DNA of 64,000 nt from Phyllosticta citribraziliensis. Lineage: Eukaryota. The notes beneath the pieces are model-generated. The model did not search any database. It had not been told where the DNA came from and saw only the letters and a list, made by a program, of their open reading frames with translations. The stretch spans positions 1,736,001-1,800,000 of the forward strand of contig NW_027117341.1 of the NCBI RefSeq assembly GCF_038025025.1, given 5' to 3'. Shown here in pieces: positions 21,239 to 31,559 of the stretch. The position numbers were made by a program, and so were the translations under genes. Position 1 is the stretch's first letter. Every line of letters starts with the position of its first letter.

Positions 21239-23059
21239 ATGGCCTTCTGGACTACCCAAGCCCGCCAATGCTTGCGATACTGTGCCCAGACCCGTGTAGA
21301 GGTCCATGTGGATGCCGTGCTCCATCCTCGGCGCGTACCATGGCCTCCTGTCGGACACTTTCCGATAGAGAACGCCACTGCTATTTCTCCCGTGGGCTCT
21401 TTGCCACCCGCTACTTCCGCCAAGTTCTACATACCGCCTCCACCTCCTGCTTGTACTCCTTGGGGGGAGCTGGGATTTGAAAAGGGGCCCTCAACTAGAA
21501 AAGGCCCGCTGCTCTTTCTATTTTCGCTTCTATCGGTCCCTATCCTCATGTTCCTTTTGCTCAAGGGCTGTTGTCTTGCTAATTACCTCTTCGTCGACCT
21601 GCCGCGCCGCAAGAAGGCCAAACAAAAATGGAAAGACAGCACAAAGGGGATGGATAAAAAGCAGCTTGCTTCTCACGGCCGCATGGCCGAGGCGAGGACT
21701 CAGCTCTATGGATACGTCCGTGACTGTGAGCAGATCGTAAGCATGAAGGTAAACGAGCTACGCTGTTTGCGATGGCGACTACAACGTACATTGAGGAATC
21801 AGTCGCTGACGAGCCCACTCCAGGAATACAACCGCCGCGACGAAACAAAGTTCTTCCGCGACCTGGAGAAGGACAACAGACGTACCCAGAGGCAAAAAGA
21901 GCTTCGTGTACAAACGACCATTCAAGGTGTCGTCCGCCATGATTTCGGCCCCTCGGAATATTTCATCGTGGATCTGGAACATCGGGAGAAGACGGAGTGG
22001 ACCGTGTATGATACCTACATCGACAACAGCCATCCGACCCCGAGAAGGGCCATTGTGCTTACCGCGGACGGTCCGTCGACGCAGGGCGCTTCGCCGAGCT
22101 CGCCGTCCTGTGCTGCAGAATCATCATCGAGCTCTCCTTCTAGTGGTATTTCGGAAAGCTTTTCATCGTCTTCGCTGTCACCGAGTCCTCCCTGTTCTGC
22201 ACAATCATCGAGATCTCCTTCTTGTGTTGTTCCAGAAAGCTTCTCCTCGTCCCCCCCGTCGTCTTCGCCGAGCCCGCCTTGTTCTGCAATATCATCGAGC
22301 CCTCCTTGTTGTGTTGTTTCGGAAAGCTGTTCGTCGTCCTCCCCGCTATTGAGCCCGTCCTGTAACCAACTCTCACTGTGCTATCCTTCGTCGACGGTCT
22401 CTGGATGCTCTACGCCGTCAACGGATGACCATGGTGCCTCTCGCGCAGTCGTCCCTCGGACTTGGGGAAGGACGAACGTCTGGACTCCGTACCTAACTGT
22501 ACCTCCCTCGACGCCCACTGGATGCTCTACGCCGCCAACGGATGACCATGGTGCCTCTCGCGCAGTCGTCCGTCGGGCCTCGAGAAATACGATCGTCGGG
22601 ACTCCATCCCTAATCCAACGCCCCCCCTCGACGGTCACTGGATGTTCTTTGCTGCCGACGGAGGACCGTGGTGCCTCTCGCGCCATCGTCCGTCGGGCCT
22701 CGAGAAATTCGATCATCGGGACTCCATACCTAACTGTACCCCCCTCGACGCCCGCTGGATCCTTTTCGCTGCCACCTGGTGACCATGGTGCCTCTCAAGC
22801 TATCGTCCGTCGGGCCTCGAGAAATTCGATCGTCGGGACTCCATCCAGAACTGCACTCCCCTCAACGCCCGCTAGATCCTTTTCACTGCCAATGAATGAT
22901 CATGGTACCCCTCGCGCTCTCGTCCGTCAGCCCTCGGGAAATTCGGTCGTCAGGACTCCATCCCTAAACCAAACCTCCTCACTGTCAACCATTGTCGAAG
23001 AATCTTCGGTATGTTGCCCTCCCACCCCGCTCTTTCCTCCGGACCATGGTAACGGCTAA
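21239..23059 (+). CDS. Orphan hypothetical protein: one TM-like segment, Ser/Pro/Cys repeats and 39-40-aa tandem repeats
   Basis: ORF of about 600 aa; hydrophobic LLFLFSLLSVPILMFLLL; repeat units keep the reading frame. Confidence 0.55.
   Translation: MAFWTTQARQCLRYCAQTRVEVHVDAVLHPRRVPWPPVGHFPIENATAISPVGSLPPATSAKFYIPPPPPACTPWGELGFEKGPSTRKGPLLFLFSLLSVPILMFLLLKGCCLANYLFVDLPRRKKAKQKWKDSTKGMDKKQLASHGRMAEARTQLYGYVRDCEQIVSMKVNELRCLRWRLQRTLRNQSLTSPLQEYNRRDETKFFRDLEKDNRRTQRQKELRVQTTIQGVVRHDFGPSEYFIVDLEHREKTEWTVYDTYIDNSHPTPRRAIVLTADGPSTQGASPSSPSCAAESSSSSPSSGISESFSSSSLSPSPPCSAQSSRSPSCVVPESFSSSPPSSSPSPPCSAISSSPPCCVVSESCSSSSPLLSPSCNQLSLCYPSSTVSGCSTPSTDDHGASRAVVPRTWGRTNVWTPYLTVPPSTPTGCSTPPTDDHGASRAVVRRASRNTIVGTPSLIQRPPSTVTGCSLLPTEDRGASRAIVRRASRNSIIGTPYLTVPPSTPAGSFSLPPGDHGASQAIVRRASRNSIVGTPSRTALPSTPARSFSLPMNDHGTPRALVRQPSGNSVVRTPSLNQTSSLSTIVEESSVCCPPTPLFPPDHGNG
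22391..22975 (+). repeat. Coding tandem repeat, 5 units of 117-120 bp
   Basis: Units begin tc(g/a)acg at about 22391, 22508, 22628, 22745 and 22862, each carrying a variant of gaccatggtgcctctcgcgc..cgtccgtcgggcctcgagaaa. Confidence 0.9.
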
Positions 23060-24021
23060 CTCGTGGTTGACATCAGTCAAGCGGTGCCTCTGGCTCTCAA
23101 CGAAAAGGCGTCCCCGGTACAGCGTTGGCGAAACATGGCTCCTGTCCTGTGTGCCGCACCCGCAATCTCGCTCCGCCTCCGCCTCCGCTTCCTTCGCCCT
23201 GCTCCAGTGGCTCCAGCAGCTGGAGCAGCAGTTGTTCGTGCTCCTGCTCTTCGTCTTCCTCGAGCGGGACGCCTTCGCCCCCGTTGGCCAAGCCTCCTTC
23301 TAATACTCCCTACAGTGGGAGCGCGGCGTCGCGGTGAGGATCTCGAAAAAGCCGCCGAGCTCTACTGTTTGAAGGGCGTGTGGTGCTTTGGGTCGCTGGC
23401 ATGGGCTTTGACGTGTTGGGATGGAAGTGTTGTAACGGTAGTCAGGGGCAGGCGTTGGTCGGACCAAATGGTCCCTTTTTCCAGAGAGCAAGCGGTTGGT
23501 CAATGCAATCCGATATTCTTACCTGTCCATTCATTGCACATGCCGAACCGCTGAATCTGGCTCTGCGAATTGTGGCTCTATCGTACCGTACCGCTTTTGC
23601 GACTTGTGAAACGTAATCTTCACAGCAACGCCTGCTTTCCCAACTGGTTCACTTCACAAGCCTACCACGAGATGTCGAGTGTTGGGCCGGTTGAAAGTGA
23701 AAGTGAACTTGGCGCTCGCAACGTGTGGAGTTCACACTCTCAGACTCACTTTGCGAGCCTCCCGACAGATGCAAAATGTGCGCCCGGTTGAAAGTGAAAT
23801 AGTCGCGCCCGCAGAAAGGTATAAAGCTTTCTCTCCCTGCCTGCGAGACCCTCTCCCCTTTCATCCACTTCATACACATCTTCCGCTCCCACACTGTCGC
23901 CGCCGCTGCTCTTTCAGCCAACTTTTGCCTACTCTACCTCCTCGCCGCTGCCCGCGACAGACTTCACGAGCTCCAACAAACATCTTCCTCTCTTCCACTT
24001 ACTCATTACCATTACGCCAGT

Positions 24022-25278
24022 ATGCCTTGCATCAGGACCTCCCCTTCTTCTTCCCCTTCGGCTTCGGCTGCCGGCGCTCCTGTCGTTAGGAAGATCACCT
24101 TTGGTCAGTATTGTGCCCGCGGCCCCATCAAGCCCAAGGTTCGCAAGGCGGGCTCTGCCGTTACCAAGGAGAGCAACACCACCGCCACCGCCACCACCAC
24201 CATGGCTGCCACCAAGTCCTCTCGCTCCCCTGCCTCCTCCTCGGGCCCCCGCGCTCCTGTCAACAGGAAGATCACCTTCGATGAGTACCTGGCCCGCGGC
24301 ACCATCAAGCCTCGCAAGCCGCCGAGCTCTGCCGGTTCCAAGGAGAGCACCAGCACCAGCACCACTGCCGCCGCCCCTCCTTCTCCGGCGTGCTCGTTCT
24401 CCCTGTCTCCCGCCTCTTCTCCTCCGGCCTCGCCATCTCCGGCCCCGTCCCGCCAGCCCCCCGCCGACGTCCGCAGGGACACCTCCTGGACCATCCCCGT
24501 TGAAACCAGGGACACGAAGCTCCCAGGGAACCCGCTCGTGACCAAGAACGTCCGCGTGGTCAACCCCTTGATGCGGCCAAAGCCCAAGCCCAAGTCCAAG
24601 TCCGCCGCCGCCACTCCCTCTTCTCCGCCGGCCACGCGCTCTCCGTCGCCTGTCGCCGCCCGCCAACCCTCCCCGTCGGACGACGAGTTCGACTACCTCT
24701 TCAACGAGCCGTCGGACGAGGACAAGTTCGACGACCTTTTCAACGAGCCGCCGCCCCCCAAGGCCGTCGTCCAAGACGCCAAGGAGGCGCGTCGCGAGGC
24801 CGCGCTGGCGCGCTCCGCCAAAATCACGACAGGCGCCATCGCCCGCGCCGGCAACAACCCCATGGCCAACACGCGGGCCAGGCTGAACCGCATCGACAAG
24901 TCAGCCACGTCCAAGTCCGCGCGCAACAGCGGCAAGATCTCGCGGGGCCGCGGCGGCGCCGGCGGAGCCCGCAAATCGAAATCGAAACTCCGCAACCTGG
25001 CCGGCACGTCGGGGCGCTGGGTCGAGCCGCAGACGCCGCTCGAGGCCGAGGAGGCGGCCAGGCGCGCGGCCGAGATGGAGGAGTACCGCCGTGAGGTCGA
25101 CAGGCTGCTGGCCGAGGCGCCGCGCAACAACAGAGGCGGCTGCGTCGCCGTGCTGGGCGACTCCCGCATGTCCACCGTCGGCTTCGGCAACAACCTCAGG
25201 GAGCGCCGGCCTGAGGAGAACCCCATGTGGACGACGAACGCGGCCGTGCTCCGCGGGCAGGGCGGGCTCAAGTACTAG
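24022..25278 (+). CDS. Orphan Ser/Pro/Ala-rich basic hypothetical protein with internal duplications
   Basis: 418-aa ORF with strong C-ending codon bias. TATAAA at 23820 and a CT-rich leader upstream. Duplicated RKITF..Y.ARG.IKP and F(D/Y)xLFNEP motifs. Confidence 0.7.
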   Translation: MPCIRTSPSSSPSASAAGAPVVRKITFGQYCARGPIKPKVRKAGSAVTKESNTTATATTTMAATKSSRSPASSSGPRAPVNRKITFDEYLARGTIKPRKPPSSAGSKESTSTSTTAAAPPSPACSFSLSPASSPPASPSPAPSRQPPADVRRDTSWTIPVETRDTKLPGNPLVTKNVRVVNPLMRPKPKPKSKSAAATPSSPPATRSPSPVAARQPSPSDDEFDYLFNEPSDEDKFDDLFNEPPPPKAVVQDAKEARREAALARSAKITTGAIARAGNNPMANTRARLNRIDKSATSKSARNSGKISRGRGGAGGARKSKSKLRNLAGTSGRWVEPQTPLEAEEAARRAAEMEEYRREVDRLLAEAPRNNRGGCVAVLGDSRMSTVGFGNNLRERRPEENPMWTTNAAVLRGQGGLKY

Positions 25279-25555
25279 ACGGGCCTGCGACAACGACAAC
25301 GACGACAACAACGACAACGACAACGACGACCACGAACACGACTTGCACCTTTCCCCTTCTCTTTTCTGCTTTCTTCTACGCTCGGGCATTGCTTTTCCGA
25401 CCGGCTTCGTTGACTGTTTTGGCTGCTTGCCCCTTGCTTTTTCGTTTGGTGTTGCTCTGCTTTTGGATCTTCTTCAGACGGCTCGAATACCCCCAATCAT
25501 CTCGTAGCGCACGAGCACCGGCGCGCGATGATCAATTCTAGTTTTTATTCTTTGG

Positions 25556-25666
25556 CTGTTACAATCATCAACATCATCAATACCATTTTTTTACTTTTGT
25601 TTTGCGTAGTTTACTTCTTCAACTGTTACAATCATCAATATCATCAATACCATCTTTTGACTTTTG
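25556..25666. repeat. Imperfect direct repeat of about 44 bp (2 copies)
   Basis: ctgttacaatcatcaa(c/t)atcatcaataccat.tttt.acttttg at 25556 and 25623. Confidence 0.75.
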
Positions 25667-26661
25667 AATGCTTGCGTGTCCCGGCCTTGACCGTGACTTG
25701 TGAGTGCTGTGACTGACTGCGTGAATAAGGAATGAAACGTGGAATTAGTACGCAATATCTCACCCCATGGCAAGCGAGAGCATTGAAGTTAACCAGTAGC
25801 GGCAAACAACGACGTCGCGCCATGACAAGACCAGGGATCCCTCATCGCGGATCAGAAGACTCGCAAAAAAACGGTTTTCGTGCAGCGAATGGAAACAGGA
25901 CGAGCAATTCCAGCCGACGTCGATCCAAGCGAAAAGAGTTTTGGGCCGGCAAGTAGGTGCGAGCAGAGTGGCTGGAGCCATCAGCTAGGCGTCCAGGGTG
26001 CCATGCAGCTACCGTCAAGGTGCAGCTGCTGCGGCGGCTTGTGACCAAGGTTAAAAGGCGACGGGCCCAATTTGTTTGCGCAGTACAAGGGCGGAGGAAT
26101 TGGTCCTGCTTTGGCAGAGTACGAGGGATTGTGGCAGCTTACTCTGTGCGACGGTTGTTGTGGAGGGGACTTGTTCATGGAACGACGTTGAGACAGAGTC
26201 GGCGCATGGGCCATGCTAACGGCGGGCGCGGGCGGGTAGTGACGCAATCCGCTTCACATCGTTCTCTTCCACACACTTCTTCAACACCACGACTTGACAA
26301 CAAGTCAAACCGTCCGTCAGCTGAGACCTTTCCATGGCAAAGGAGCCGCCGTGAGACGCCGATCGATGCGTCGCCTGTGGCTGGGGTCGGCCGGGGCTCG
26401 CAAGACAAGATGCAGCATCCCAGTAAATCAAGGCAGAGCTGTCACCACTAACGTCATATTGTGGTCGCCGTGCGCCGCCCACAGGACAAGACGACACGCG
26501 CTGCTTCAAAACCTCCGCCCCCCCCTTCGTCATCGTCTCCTTCTCCGCGCGTCTCTCGTCTTCTTGAATTGTTGATTGCCTGCGTTCGAGTCTTTTTTCT
26601 TCACTTGATACCCATCTCCACCTACCAAACCTTCCGCGGCTTCATCAATCTCACCACAACC

Positions 26662-27513
26662 ATGCCCGACACGGCCAAGCTGGGCGACAAGCCCCTCCAC
26701 ACGCTGCTCTCGCACGACCTGGTCGACATTTACGTCGGGCCCGACAACACGCACTGGATCCTGCACGAGAAGCTGCTCTGCGCACGCAGCAAATTCTTCC
26801 ACAAAATCTTCCAATCCAAGGAGGCCAAGGAAGACCACAAGAAGCACCAAAGCGCCTCATTCGGGCTGCCAGATGAAGACGACGAGTCGTTCGCGGCCTT
26901 TGTGTCGTGGCTGTACGGCGGCGGGGTGCGGCCCGCGCGCGAGGAAAAGGACCTGACGACGCTGTTCGACCTGTACCTGATGGGCGAGAAGTGGGCCGTG
27001 GGAGCGCTGGTGGCCGACACGCTGGGCGAGGTTCGCGAATTCTACGCCCGCACCGACAGCTACCCGGGCCTGCGGCGCGTGCAGTACGTCTTCGCCAACA
27101 CGGACGAGGGCAGCGCCATGCGGCGGCTGCTCGTGCACAGCATCGCGCGCATGCTCGCGCTGCGCGACTCGATCCCCCAGCACTGGGACAAGGCGCTGCG
27201 CAAGAACGGCCAGCTCGCCGTCGACATCATCCGCGCCATCCAGGAGTGGCGCGTCGACGCCGCAAAGGTGCCCGACCCGCGCCGCGACCCGCAGGCCGCC
27301 ATTCCGAACTTCAAGCCCGAGGACGTGGACGGCGAGGTTGATGGCGCCGTTGATGAGGCCAAGGGCAAGTTGGAGCAACACACCAATGGCGTCAATGGCG
27401 ATGCTCGCTCGCCTGCTGAGGACATTGACGTCCCGGGCAAGCTGAAGCGTGCGCTGGATGAGGAGCTGCCTAACGGCCTGCCAAACGGCCTCCCTGACGA
27501 GCAGCTCGACTAA
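26662..27513 (+). CDS. BTB/POZ domain protein
   Basis: VDIYVG...WILHEKLLCARSKFF...LPDEDDESFAAFVSWLY...LFDLYLMGEKW. Confidence 0.9.
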   Translation: MPDTAKLGDKPLHTLLSHDLVDIYVGPDNTHWILHEKLLCARSKFFHKIFQSKEAKEDHKKHQSASFGLPDEDDESFAAFVSWLYGGGVRPAREEKDLTTLFDLYLMGEKWAVGALVADTLGEVREFYARTDSYPGLRRVQYVFANTDEGSAMRRLLVHSIARMLALRDSIPQHWDKALRKNGQLAVDIIRAIQEWRVDAAKVPDPRRDPQAAIPNFKPEDVDGEVDGAVDEAKGKLEQHTNGVNGDARSPAEDIDVPGKLKRALDEELPNGLPNGLPDEQLD

Positions 27514-29067
27514 GCGCTGCAACCGCCTACCTCCCTTCGATCTACCCAGACCATCTTGGGAACACCCTCCTCCACCTCACCTCTTCTACAGCATTGGAAA
27601 ACCAACCACCTACTTTACTTCTCCTCACGACCCGACTTAACGACATCCTGAACCTCCTCCATCTCCGCCTCCCAGTTTCGACCTATCCATCCTCTCTCTC
27701 TCTTCTTCCTGGAGAAATCACCATCCACAAAATTGCTCTGCTCTGCTCTGCTCTCATCAGTTGCACTTCACTTCTTTTCTTCCCTTGTCAACGCATCTTT
27801 TAGGCTGGGCGGGTAATCTCTCATCCCATCTCAGCTCATATCGACTCACCTTGACTGTTCGATTCCCTTTGTTTCTACCCATCTCCTTACGTAGTCAGCT
27901 ATTGCCTCAGTCAGACATTATCCAGTGTTGTTCGTATCGGTGGTATTGATAGTATTGGTAGCAGTGTTGGGGGAAGTATTTAGTGGAAGCGTTGTCCGCG
28001 GACACGGCATCAGCACCAAACTACTTTTCCGTCCTTCTCAAATCCAAGTGTTGGGGTTTGGCTTAGTTGATATATGTGATGTGCGTGTGTACGTACGTGA
28101 AGACGGAATGTTAGGTCCTAGTATCTAAGTACTTATTCACTTTCATATGCGCCTCTGTACCCTGAATGCCGTATACACCTGCCTACCTTAAGTATCTTGC
28201 ATCACATCCTCCCGGTCACTTACCGACTGAGGAATGAAGGGCGATTTTGGTAAAACAATAGACATATTAGCAGACTAGCCGCCAAAGTGGGTGATAGACA
28301 AGCTGTGAAAGACACGCGTCAATTGTGCCTGAGAGCTATTTGTCTATTGTATCCTCGCCTACCGCCGGAGGTACTAACAGCAGACAGACAGACAAATATA
28401 CAGAAGCAGACCACAAATCCTAAAGACCTCTCTCTCTCTGGACGCCAGGAGCAGCAGCGGCGGTTGATACCACGCGGATACGTCGAATGTTGGGGAGTAG
28501 CTCAAGGCGAGATGCTAGATAAGGAGAAACTACAGGCACGCAAACAGCCCACAACCACCAGCACCAGCACCTCAAGCACAGCACTACCTAGAGAGTAAAG
28601 TTTACTTCTCATTTACAGTCTATGTTTCTAACTATGATTCTCCCTCTTTCTTCCCTTTTTCTCGTTTTCTTTTCTTTCTTTGCCACTCCCTAATCATAGT
28701 GAGCACAAAGTTGAAAAGCAACACACTAAAGCAAGGCAGAACAACGACAAAGAAGCAACAGACGAACAGACAATAAAAGAAATAGAGACGCGCCAAAATA
28801 TTGCGCGGAAAAAGAAGACGGAGCAAAAGACTCAGACGACGGGCCAGTACGTCTCCTCACTTACCTGCCTTCCTTTATCTTCGACGCTTCGACGCTTCGT
28901 TGCATCCATCCACTTGTCCATCCATTTACAGCAGGGTTGTGCGGTTTTGCTGAACTACAGTGGTTTTGCATGCAAGCAGGCAAGGAGCACCCACCCCCCA
29001 CTCGCCGCAAGAGCAACCCCGGCCCAGGAAGTCGGCAAGCAACAAGGCATGTAGATTTCCCACGCAC

Positions 29068-31080
29068 TCAGCCATCCCTCTCCGCATTCGCCGTCCCACC
29101 CGCGCGACGCTCCGAGCCATCAGCAAAACGAATAGTGCGCTCCGCCAGCGTCGGCTCTCCTTCTTCATTAACAGACAAGCGACTAGGCGCCATACTCTGC
29201 GCATTCGACGGCATCTGCTCCGCCTCATCCACGCCGCCCTGTACATGCGGAAGCGGCGCGTCAGGCAGGCTGGAGCGCGACTTTCGCCGCTGCTGCTGCC
29301 GCTGCAGGTTCTTGTTCATGACGGAGCCGCCGATGCGGTAGATGGGGCGGGGCAGCAGGTTGGAGCCGGTGGCGGTGCTCTCGGTACGAGGAGTCGAGGC
29401 ATCCGATTGGCGGGGGTTGGCGGCGTTGCTGCCGCGGAAGTAGGTGTGGATGGAAGCGTCGGTCAGAGAGCGGATCGAGAAGGGGTTTGCGGGCTCGGAT
29501 GGGTCGGCCTCGGAGGAGACGGCTTGCGAGAGCGTCCGCGGGATGAGGATGCCCAGTTTGCCGACGGGGATGCTGAGGCCGTGGACGACCTGGGGAGTTG
29601 TTAGTACAGTGCTGCGGTGGCGTCTTGGTCTTGCGACTTACGATGCTGCAAATGATGAGGAACCAGATGACTACCATCATGACTTCCGAAAGCTGTTCGG
29701 CATCTTCCCTTATGTGGCCGTTCACCTTGATCTCGCTCAAAAACTCCAGGCTGACGTAGAGGTAGAAGACGGCGCTAACACCAATCGGACCAAAGAAGCC
29801 AGTAAAGGCAGCTTGTCGAAAGGCTTCAATCTGTGGAATCTTCTTGTGCAACGCCAGTATTACTGGGAGGCGGCGCAGCAGCAACACCAAAACTCCCAAG
29901 AAAACGAGGCGCACGGTAGGAATCACGCTGTTGACGGCAAACATGTGCCAGGGACATACTGCTCCAATCCAGATGAAGATGGCGACGTTCAGGAGCATGT
30001 CAATGGTGGGCTGTAAGGAGTCGTCCATGGTCTCGAGGCGGAACCAGTCGCTAGAACCGCAGATCAGAGTAGTCCTGGGTCGGGGGAAATTCACTTACTC
30101 CCAGGTAAAGGCATTTCCAGCCACGAAGCAAGCCAGGACGTCGTCACTTCCCAGCATGCCATCAGTTCCAACGATGAACAACTTGAGCACACAAGTCAGC
30201 TCCAGTCGAATGATGTGACGGGACAGCTTACGGCAAGGGTAATGGCAAAGACCAAAAAGCTCTCCCTGTCGACGTACTTTCTCTCCTCGGCCCAGTGGAG
30301 GAGTTCTTTGGCAATCCAACCCACCGTGGCGCCGTACGCTACACTCATGATGATGGTGTAGCCCCAGGTCTCGCCGAACCACAAGCCCATGGCCGTCCTG
30401 GCTCCGCCTCTTACGCCGCCGTCTTGGGTATACTTGATCAAGTACAGCGGCAGGAAGAGAAACGGATAGCCAAGCCCATCATTCGCGCCGCTTTCGGCAA
30501 TGATGAGCTTGGCCAACTCCTTTGGGATATTCTTGTCTGCAAATTTACCCTTGACGATGCTGTTTGACAGGACAGGGTCGGTGGGCGTCACGCAGGCTCC
30601 GACGGCGAGAGCCCCCAAAAAGCTGAGGTTCGGCACCATGGCCCAGCACAAGAGGCTAGTGATCAGCCACATGCCCGTCATGCCTGGTCCAAGCAGGAGA
30701 GCGAGCGGCTTCCATTGTTTCTGCAGGTACTTGCTGGGCAGTTGAACGCCAGCCAGCACCAACTGCACGCCCAAGACTAGGCGCGTAAAGTACAGGTTTA
30801 TGGTGCGCATCGTCTCCTCGCTACCAAGGGCATATTCGTTTGGGCGCAGAAAGTTGGCGGCATTTGGGCCGAAGACGATGCCGGCAATGGTCGAAATGAC
30901 TGGCACGTCGTCAGCAAGCGTTTTGAAACGCGCAGGACGCACAGAAGAAGGCCGAGACGTACGGGCCTCGGACAGATAAAACTTTTCCTTGCACAGATAA
31001 GACACCAGCCCAAAGACGGTGACGAACCCGCCCAGCGTTGCGCAGACAATGTTGAAGTTGGAGATGTCGAGCGTAGGCAT
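29068..31080 (-). CDS. NHA1: Plasma-membrane Na+(K+)/H+ antiporter (CPA1, Nha1/Sod2 family), multi-exon
   Basis: KEKFYLSEA, VTPTDPVLSNSIVKGKFA, ESGANDGLGYPF, DDVLACFVAGNAFTW, RRLP, GFFGPIGVSA, SIVVHGLSIP after splicing; 4 GT-AG introns. Confidence 0.92.
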
Positions 31081-31559
31081 TTCTCAGATGCGACGGAGAA
31101 ATTGGCACTAACTAGCCTGACAGGTTGAAACGGGGACGGTGGACGCGACCCCGGAAAGCCAATGCTAGGGAATCTCAAGCACAAGCAGTCGCTGGGCTGG
31201 TTGCACAGCGTAGAGGGTGGACGAGGTTTCGGCAAATGTTATTGAATCATTGGTGGAGGCGGATGAAGAGACGGATGACGGTGCAAGGGACGCCACTTTT
31301 GCTGTCTGGGGGGAGAATCAACGGGTCTTGCAAGGACGACGACGGCGGTATTGGTGATGGGAGGATGACAAGTGAAGGTGAAGAGAAGAAGTCGGGTTTG
31401 GAAGGGTCCATGTCCATGTCTAGAACCTAGGTACCTGGCCACGCCGAGTCATGTCCGTGCTTCCCCACGTCCGGGGCTCTACTCTCTAGCATTCCACTTC
31501 AACTTGTCGCTTCTAGAAGCATTCCTTTCTCGCCACTTTGATTCTTGTTACTAGCTAGG

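Noticed and set aside
22391..22975. Repeat array as CRISPR
   Set aside because: The units are fully homologous coding repeats without unique spacers; eukaryotic context and no cas genes.
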